Shown here one piece after another: positions 57,160 through 64,000 of a stretch of DNA of 64,000 bases; position 1 is the first letter of the stretch; each line of letters starts with the position of its first letter. Source of the DNA: a virus (Duplodnaviria; Caudoviricetes); the IMG/VR virus record IMGVR_UViG_3300035180_001680. One strand, written 5' to 3'. Position numbers and translations under genes: made by a program. Below the pieces are notes generated by a model, which was not told the DNA's origin, searched no databases, and was given only the letters and a program-made list of their open reading frames with translations.

Positions 57160-58167
57160 TTAACCTCTTCCGTATTTAAAAAGATATTCATTGCTGACAG
57201 CCTTCCAATGTTCTCGTCCATTAACTTGCTTGTATACTTCTCCTTCTCGGAGTTTACCAGTAAGTTTACTCGTTCCATCTGCCATTGACAACACATCTTG
57301 AACAGAAGTTTCAGGTGGAAACACATACTCTTCGTGAATTACAGGGACGTGCTTAAGTCCAAGGTCTTCACACAATTGACGCCGCTGGTTAGGGGAAAGA
57401 AAACATCCCAACTTAATGTCATATATCGCGAACACGTAGAAGTCTTGACCCTTCAACCCATAATGGTTACCCTGTATACCTTCTCCGATAATTTCACCCT
57501 GAATAATGATATCATCCAAGCCCGTTTCAATCAACCGCTGTTCGATGTTATACTTACGAGCTTGAGCCCACAAAGAGTTACCTTCAGTTTCTCTCAAGTT
57601 CAAGTTCCGAGAACATACGATGAACTCACCATCAATTCGACCGACAGACATCGAGCTACCCTCAAGCTTCTCAGTAACCTCATAAGTTAGTTGCTTCAAT
57701 TCTTCCCAGTTACTAGTGAGATTCTGAATTCGTTCTTCATCTGTCTTGGGAAATACAGATGGAAAAGCTCCCTTAACTACACCAGCCAGCTGAGCTGGGA
57801 TTGGAGGTTCGTACTTGACGATGCCAAGGAGGTCGGTGACATCTTCACCCTCATTGAACACCAACATGGATGTGGGGATGGGGAGAACAAGGCCCTGACT
57901 CAATTGCCCCCTCAATCGAACGGTGCGCAGACGTTCCCCAGAGATACCTTCGTATACAAAAGGAGTTTTATCACCTTTAGTCAGGAAAGGGGCAATGTCG
58001 TGTGGGATGAAGCTATCAACTTCACAGTATATTACAAGGTTACCAGGTTCAAATTCACCTTTTTTGACGACGACTTTCCATCCTCCAAGCAACGCAACTT
58101 CAATAGCGTCAGCATCAGGGATAGGTTGAATGTCATCGATTTTTCGAATAGTAGCAAGATGTCGCAT
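57160..58167 (-). CDS. RNA ligase, DRB0094-like family (N-terminal OB domain)
   Basis: IQPIPDADAIE, YCEVDSF, LRGQLSQGL, PKTDEERIQN, TEKLEGSS, REGEV. Confidence 0.9.
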   Translation of the reverse strand: MRHLATIRKIDDIQPIPDADAIEVALLGGWKVVVKKGEFEPGNLVIYCEVDSFIPHDIAPFLTKGDKTPFVYEGISGERLRTVRLRGQLSQGLVLPIPTSMLVFNEGEDVTDLLGIVKYEPPIPAQLAGVVKGAFPSVFPKTDEERIQNLTSNWEELKQLTYEVTEKLEGSSMSVGRIDGEFIVCSRNLNLRETEGNSLWAQARKYNIEQRLIETGLDDIIIQGEIIGEGIQGNHYGLKGQDFYVFAIYDIKLGCFLSPNQRRQLCEDLGLKHVPVIHEEYVFPPETSVQDVLSMADGTSKLTGKLREGEVYKQVNGREHWKAVSNEYLFKYGRG

Positions 58168-58280
58168 TAAAACTCTCTTCAGTTGAGTTAATGATTATCT
58201 ATCAACAGTAGATAATAGTCAACCCTCGTCTTCACTGTCGTCTTCAGGTAACCAGTCTTCGTCCGGGTGATATGACATAA

Positions 58281-58487
58281 TCATTTCACTGAAACGACGT
58301 AGCCGTCTTTAACGGTAGCTGTCGCATACCACTTGTGGGGTTCAGGGTAATGAGGACCTTCCAAAGAAACAGTCCCATTTTGGTTAACTGGAAAAGGACC
58401 AGGACTGAATACACCAATCTGCTTACCTGCAGCCAGTGCTTCTTTCAATGCTTTCTTCGTTTTGAAGTTAATAGTTGTGTATGCCAT
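58281..58487 (-). CDS. hypothetical phage protein
   Basis: NFKTKKALKEA...EGPHYPEPHKWYA. Confidence 0.7.
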   Translation of the reverse strand: MAYTTINFKTKKALKEALAAGKQIGVFSPGPFPVNQNGTVSLEGPHYPEPHKWYATATVKDGYVVSVK

Positions 58488-58734
58488 ATGTATCTCCTAG
58501 TAATCAAAAGTAATAACGACGAGTTCCATCAAACTCGGGATGAGAGGTATCTCGTGTATCCAAATATGCAAACCCTTTATAGTTTCCTGTTTGGAATAAG
58601 ACCTCCTCAAGAGCAAGCGATATCCCAAGGCGAACGTCTTTTGTGCCATTCCGATCCCCTTCAAGGTGACTATTCGCCCATGTTCGTACAAATTCTACTC
58701 CAATCGTTGAACGTGCCATAGTGTTTCCTAGTAG

Positions 58735-59364
58735 TTAACTTACAACTTTAGGTTTCCGACCTTTCTTGGTACCTTCAGTGATATCACCAGCAGCCTTTTT
58801 CATGTTATACAGATATGTGGTCGCACCTGCTTTGGACATATCAAGTTGACCAATGAACAAAGCAATGATTTCTTGATTGGACTTACCACGATTCGCTTCG
58901 TAGATCAGTTTGGCCGCTTCTTGTTTCAAACCTTTCTTTGGCTTGACCGTTTGGCCATTTACCTGTTTACGAGTAAGCAAAATCTCTTCAGTTGGAACGT
59001 TCAAGATCTCATCAGCAGTTGGAATGTCTTTGATCGTGCTCTCAACATTCGGGTCATACCAAGGAAAATTGATAAAGAATTCAACAACCTTTCGTTTGAC
59101 CACTTTCGTCAATTCTTCAGGGTCAACAACAAATCCATCAGCATGAAGTTTAACAGCTTCCGTGATCATATATCGAAGAGCAACATTGGCTTCTTCGTTG
59201 TTTTCCGTTGGAAATGTGACTCCAAACAATTTATGAATCTCTTTTTCAGCGATTTTTGGAGTTATGTGACGCTCTGTGTACTTGTCATTCACTTCACGAG
59301 CACACTTGAAGTATGAGTGGACATCATAACCAGCATCAATTAGATTCTGTATCACGGTTGACAT
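58735..59364 (-). CDS. hypothetical protein with HTH-like C-terminus
   Basis: LDMSKAGATTYLYNMKK. Confidence 0.65.
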   Translation of the reverse strand: MSTVIQNLIDAGYDVHSYFKCAREVNDKYTERHITPKIAEKEIHKLFGVTFPTENNEEANVALRYMITEAVKLHADGFVVDPEELTKVVKRKVVEFFINFPWYDPNVESTIKDIPTADEILNVPTEEILLTRKQVNGQTVKPKKGLKQEAAKLIYEANRGKSNQEIIALFIGQLDMSKAGATTYLYNMKKAAGDITEGTKKGRKPKVVS

Positions 59365-60056
59365 ATTGATTCCTTGTTTGAATTTCAGTAAACAATACCC
59401 TATTTTGAATTAGACGTCAACAGACTTAACTGCAATCTCCAACAATTCTTCAACGCGACGCATTTCACTTCCACTTCGTTTTGGAGGAGCTTCATAAGTT
59501 CGGTGTACCCGAAACCCCAAGCGACAAAACGTATCTTCAAACTGGTCTGTAAACGACCGACAACCCACAACCACTCTCACTACATTGGAAGTGTTTTTGG
59601 AATCCGATACATGGAGTACGTCCGTCTTTTGAATCATACACTATTCTTAAAAATCGTCACCGAAACAACCATAGTCTTCGTCCGTACCAAAGCCTGCTGA
59701 TGCCATCCCTGAATCAAAGTCGCCATCAAGGTCGTCATCAAATTCAGGTTCATGCTGCTCATCACAGCCCTCTTCATGATAGACATACCAATCGTTCATC
59801 AGTACACCATATTCATCGTCGACGAGATATTCTTCGTGTTCCATTTAGTGTTCCTTTCTTAAGTCAACAACAACATTATATAGTATTGTGGGGCAAAAGT
59901 CAACGAATCAATTAGGGTAATAAGAATTCCATACCCTTCCACTCCTGTCCCCCACCGGTAAGGCTATTATCTCACAAATAGGGTAAAAGAACAACAGTTG
60001 ATTTATTACACAAGATGAGAGACAATTGTTACATTGAATGAACAACAGAGAAAAAG

Positions 60057-60296
60057 ATGCCCAAACAACTCAACGATTATCTTGAACTCAATAGCATGTA
60101 TTCGTTTGAATCGGATTCGGGTGTCCGGCGATTCAAAAAGTTGATTCAAGAAGTGTGTGGTTATGGTTCTTTGGAAGAATTTCTTGCTGACAATCCAGGA
60201 GCTATTAATAGTTTGGTTGAGTTCATTGATGAATGGATTCCTCGGAACGACGAATGGCAAAACAATATAACGAATCTGACTACCTTCGAAGAATAG
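60057..60296 (+). CDS. hypothetical protein
   Basis: 79 aa; FLADNPGAI. Confidence 0.6.
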   Translation: MPKQLNDYLELNSMYSFESDSGVRRFKKLIQEVCGYGSLEEFLADNPGAINSLVEFIDEWIPRNDEWQNNITNLTTFEE

Positions 60297-60361
60297 TTGG
60301 TTGACTTTTGGGTTAAACGTAGTATAATTACTATATTGAAACGACAAACGGAGTAAACAAA

Positions 60362-60727
60362 ATGAACCTCTCTACTCTTAAAGTTGGTGATCGTGTCTCT
60401 GTTGCATACAACGGCAGTTGGTCAACTCGGTCTCAGGGGATTTATATCGTTACAAAGATCAACAAAGTTCGAATCACTCTTCAGCGTGAAGGTGATGGTC
60501 ATGAGCGTGAATTTAGTGTGAAGACTGGCACTGAGATAGGTTCTGACCGTTATCGTTCAGCATACATTGAGTCTATTCAGGACAAGGAAAATCGTGAAGC
60601 GGCAGTTCTTGCACGTAGTGAAGAACGACAAGCATGGGAGAATGCTGAATTGGCGGCAAAAAAGAAAGATATATCTGCTCTTCGTAAAGCACTTCGTGAT
60701 ATCGAAGAACGAGCTTGGTTGAAATAG
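60362..60727 (+). CDS. hypothetical protein
   Basis: LKVGDRV; TTGACT-17-TATAAT promoter upstream. Confidence 0.65.
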   Translation: MNLSTLKVGDRVSVAYNGSWSTRSQGIYIVTKINKVRITLQREGDGHEREFSVKTGTEIGSDRYRSAYIESIQDKENREAAVLARSEERQAWENAELAAKKKDISALRKALRDIEERAWLK

Positions 60728-60918
60728 GTTGACTCACCCCTCTAAAGGTATTAAATAATCGAACCAAGTGGGACCCAAACGATAACTTTGTAATCACTGT
60801 ACCTGAATTAAGGGTGAAGGGCACCGCAAGTTGTAGTTGACTTCTTTACTCTAATGTGTGATAATGTTCTTGTTGTAGAAGTACTTGAAGAACCCAATAA
60901 TCCTGAAAGGAAAATGAA

Positions 60919-61152
60919 ATGAAATTCAAAAACACCGCCAACAATTACGTCGAAGAAACAACTTTTCCGTTTGTGTGGACTCTTTTGTTTGGTTCGCTGT
61001 ATCTTTTGGTAAAGGGTCTTTGGGGTCACGCCATTATTAGTTTCATACTTGCACTGTTCACATTCGGTCTTTCTTGGTTGATTTATCCGTTTATTGCTCG
61101 TGGTCTCATTTACGAAAACTACCTGAAAAGGGGATGGGTACCAGTTGAGTAG
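60919..61152 (+). CDS. small membrane protein
   Basis: WTLLFGSLYLLVKGLWGHA...YLKRGW. Confidence 0.6.
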   Translation: MKFKNTANNYVEETTFPFVWTLLFGSLYLLVKGLWGHAIISFILALFTFGLSWLIYPFIARGLIYENYLKRGWVPVE

Positions 61153-61462
61153 ATTGAATACTCCGGATAACGTTCATACACTCGTCATCATCCAACACAA
61201 AGCATTCGCTATCCCCTCCGATCAACTCCAAGGGAACATACTTATACTGCTTCCATGTTCTCTTGATGTGTTGTTCAATCTTGAATGCTTCGTATAGTGT
61301 AGTAGCTCTCTCGTACCGGGAGGTAACTGAGTATACTTTTTTGGACTGAAACCTTTTAGTCACAGACCGCTTCGTAATCCCTATCTTCTGAAACCGCTCT
61401 GATCCTTTACTGAACTCAACGAAGTATACCAGCGCGCTGATGTCTTTGAGTTCGGGTTTCAT
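61106..61462 (-). CDS. GIY-YIG-like nuclease domain protein
   Basis: VYFVEF...FQKIGITKRSVTKRF, GGDSECF. Confidence 0.55.
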   Translation of the reverse strand: MKPELKDISALVYFVEFSKGSERFQKIGITKRSVTKRFQSKKVYSVTSRYERATTLYEAFKIEQHIKRTWKQYKYVPLELIGGDSECFVLDDDECMNVIRSIQSTQLVPIPFSGSFRK

Positions 61463-61535
61463 CTTGAACAGGTGTTCGGTGTACACCTCAACAACTTTTT
61501 GTAGTAATATAGCTAAAACTTCTAAGAGGATCACC

Positions 61536-62663
61536 ATGAACCAATACCAGACTCAGCTATTCACTGAACTGCAAGCGCTCATCGCTAGCAATGAAGCCTT
61601 TTACGCACAGACGTTCGAGTCGAATGGTCACATCTATAAGATATACAACTATCGGTTAGCCTCATATACCGACTTCCTCGCTCCTTCCGCTTTGGAATCA
61701 AGGGGTGTGATGTTTGAGGTTGACGCTTCCGACGACCCAGTTGAACTGAAAGTTCTCCCTCAACCCAAATTCTTTAACGCCTATGAGAATCCATTCACGA
61801 TGGATCTCGACTTCACTGCAGTTGATGCAATCTACGATAAGCTTGACGGCTCGTTGATGTCTACTTATATGGAAGACGGACAGTTGAAGTTGAAATCTAA
61901 AGGTTCAATCTCTTCTGAACAAGCACTTGCTGCGATGGATTGGTTGGATAATCCTGACCAGGCTATGCTGTATCATAACCTCGCGTCAGCCACAGAGAAG
62001 GGATGGACTATCAATTTGGAGTTCATGAGCCCCAACTATAGGATCGTATTGGGTTACATGAACACTCACTGTAAGGTGTTGAACGCTCGTAACCGTGAAG
62101 ATGGCTCGTTTGTTGAATACGACCTTCTCCAATCGACGTTCGGTGCTCATAACGTGGTCAGTCGAGTGATTGTGGATGATACCAAAACCTTCATTGATAA
62201 CATTCCTGGAATGCAGGATGACATTGAAGGCTATGTGGTTTGGTTGTCTGACGGTCGAGTGGTCAAAATTAAATTGACCAAATATTTAAGCCTGCACCAC
62301 GCGAAAGATTCTGTCAACAATCCTCGTCGATTGTTTGAGTGTATTCTTGATGAAGGTGTTGATGATCTTCGTGGAATGTTCTATACTGATGCTGTTGCAA
62401 TGATGATGATTGATCAAATGCAGGTGAAGGTTGATCATATGTTTAACAGCATGGTAAATGAAGTTGAGACGTTCTACGAAATGAACAAACACCTTGACCG
62501 AAAAGACTACGCTGTTAAAGGTCAGGCTGAAGTTTCACCGATGTATTTCTCTCGTGCAATGAATTTGTATCTTGGGAAGAGTCCTGACTACAAACAGTTC
62601 ATGAAGAGTAAGTGGAAAGAATTGGGATTTAAAGATATGAAAATTGAAGAGACTGGAGAATGA
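61536..62663 (+). CDS. T4 RnlA-like RNA ligase 1
   Basis: IYNYRLASYTDF, ESRGVMFE, PKFFN, DKLDGSL, IEGYVV...VKIK. Confidence 0.9.
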   Translation: MNQYQTQLFTELQALIASNEAFYAQTFESNGHIYKIYNYRLASYTDFLAPSALESRGVMFEVDASDDPVELKVLPQPKFFNAYENPFTMDLDFTAVDAIYDKLDGSLMSTYMEDGQLKLKSKGSISSEQALAAMDWLDNPDQAMLYHNLASATEKGWTINLEFMSPNYRIVLGYMNTHCKVLNARNREDGSFVEYDLLQSTFGAHNVVSRVIVDDTKTFIDNIPGMQDDIEGYVVWLSDGRVVKIKLTKYLSLHHAKDSVNNPRRLFECILDEGVDDLRGMFYTDAVAMMMIDQMQVKVDHMFNSMVNEVETFYEMNKHLDRKDYAVKGQAEVSPMYFSRAMNLYLGKSPDYKQFMKSKWKELGFKDMKIEETGE

Positions 62664-62664
62664 A

Positions 62665-63006
62665 ATGTTTATCGGATATGTAATTGTTGGAATTGACAAA
62701 AACTACGGAAATGATATATTTGCGTTGGTTGATCATGGTACAGGTGGACACCCTTATTGGTCGCCGCAAATGAACACCACCGGAATTCACAGTACATGTC
62801 CAAACATAGAAGAGATGTTTCAGGGTTGTGACTACATGTACGAAAAAGTTTCTGGAATTGGAATTGGAATTGCAGAAGTTGAATATAAAATAGACAAGTT
62901 TATTCCAGTCTCGGAACTTAAACAAGTGATCACAATTAACCAAAAGAAACGTCGAGCGATCCAAGTTCAAATAGAACAACTTCAGCGTGAGTTGGACGAA
63001 ATCTAA
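62665..63006 (+). CDS. hypothetical protein
   Basis: GGHPYWS. Confidence 0.55.
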   Translation: MFIGYVIVGIDKNYGNDIFALVDHGTGGHPYWSPQMNTTGIHSTCPNIEEMFQGCDYMYEKVSGIGIGIAEVEYKIDKFIPVSELKQVITINQKKRRAIQVQIEQLQRELDEI

Positions 63007-63007
63007 C

Positions 63008-63370
63008 ATGGTAGTAAAACTTCGTGACATTGAAGACTCAACAATGGCATACGAGAAGGGTAACAAACAAATCAAGGCAATCCAAGCTCAGAACCAAAGT
63101 TTAACCTTTAAAACTCTGTTCTCCGAACAAGAGATTGCGTTTGGAGATGTCGTTCGCGCTAAAGTGAAGCGTGTGTTCGGTAGCTGTAAAATATATCTTG
63201 ATTATCACAAGACTTATATTAAAATCAAGGTGGACAAACCTCGAACAGAAGATTTGAAGTCGGATAGGTATGAAGAGTTGAAAAACTTTTGTGAATTGAC
63301 TAATATAGCGATTCGTGAACGAACATCTTTGGATGAAGTTCGTTCTTTAATCTTCCGTATTGAGAAATAG
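63008..63370 (+). CDS. hypothetical protein
   Basis: 120 aa. Confidence 0.55.
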   Translation: MVVKLRDIEDSTMAYEKGNKQIKAIQAQNQSLTFKTLFSEQEIAFGDVVRAKVKRVFGSCKIYLDYHKTYIKIKVDKPRTEDLKSDRYEELKNFCELTNIAIRERTSLDEVRSLIFRIEK

Positions 63371-63626
63371 AGAACTGTTATGAATATGACTGAAATGCCC
63401 ATCGAGCAATGGAAAGATCTTGTTAAACTGAGTTCCCATGTTCTTCCTGGTGAGACTGTTCGATTTTCTGATGTAGCAGGGGATGGGGTAGTCCGTGCTA
63501 ACGTATCTATCAACAATCCAAAATTTGAAGGTCACTCAATCTTCATTGGAGCATATTTCACGAAACCTCTGACTAACCCTACTGTAAAAGCAGGTTGTGG
63601 TTGGTTCTACGATTAAAGAAAACAAA

Positions 63627-63800
63627 ATGCATTTTCATACGGACGAGGATGGATTTCTTGTAAAGTGTTATCACGAGACCAAAAGTCAACTGAAATCATT
63701 ATCCTTCTGGGTAGGAATCACAATTTCCTTCCCATTTGAGCATTTTTTGTGGGAAAAAGTTCCAGGTTTTAGTTATATCACTCACTTATTAGGATTATAA
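63627..63800 (+). CDS. small membrane-associated phage protein
   Basis: LVKCYH...SFPFEHFLWEKV. Confidence 0.6.
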   Translation: MHFHTDEDGFLVKCYHETKSQLKSLSFWVGITISFPFEHFLWEKVPGFSYITHLLGL

Positions 63801-64000
63801 TGAAACTTCTGTTTTGTCCACATTGTAATGATGTGTTTAGCCTTAACACTAAAGGGCGGCGTAGTTGTTCCTGTGGTCTAACGTACGGTGAGTACACTGA
63901 CGACATCAATGCAACAATCAGTTCAACTGGGGTTGCTTTAGGGTTTGCTAATGGAAGTTTCACAAATGCTCTCCGTGAACACATTCGTAACCCTAAAGGG
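63800..64000 (+). CDS. Zn-binding hypothetical protein (truncated by window end)
   Basis: MKLLFCPHCNDVF...SCSCG. Confidence 0.55.
   Translation, partial: MKLLFCPHCNDVFSLNTKGRRSCSCGLTYGEYTDDINATISSTGVALGFANGSFTNALREHIRNPKG

Noticed and set aside
1-64000. Genome-wide stop-codon reassignment (TAG or TGA)
   Set aside because: ORFs up to 1050 aa are intact in code 11. TGA often forms ATGA stop/start overlaps, and internal stops include TAA as well as TGA, which fits sporadic mutation.

Overview
64 kb slice of an AT-rich jumbo tailed-phage genome. Most genes are on the minus strand. Sigma70-like TTGACN-17-TATAAT promoters occur throughout, and T4-like TATAAATA late-promoter motifs sit before structural genes. 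A TorF-like outer-membrane beta-barrel gene hints at a Gram-negative, probably proteobacterial, host (inference). The window holds about 30 tRNA genes, mostly in three minus-strand clusters (0.3-4.4, 25.7-28.2 and 54.8-56.4 kb). It also has several tRNA mimics, a group I intron in tRNA-Leu, a hairpin insertion in a tRNA-Tyr anticodon loop, an amber-suppressor tRNA and a ~1 kb GOLLD-like ncRNA candidate. Other content: RNA-repair and translation accessory genes (two RNA ligases, TROVE/DUF2828, YqeY, CYTH, Sm-like), tail-fibre genes, an intein-containing GMP reductase, a TnpB-only IS200/IS605 element with two miniature derivatives, and a 7-unit 35-bp repeat array in a gene-poor region. Main find: two tRNA operons share an identical promoter, and each is preceded by a 31-32 codon leader ORF, an alternative antiterminator pairing and an intrinsic terminator. 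Each leader is enriched in the amino acids whose tRNAs lie downstream (F/T/A/P/E/H in one, G/L/S/Y/C in the other). This looks like multi-amino-acid ribosome-stalling attenuation that switches on phage tRNA supply when the matching host tRNAs are uncharged or destroyed. All protein calls come from motif recognition by eye; no database searches were run.
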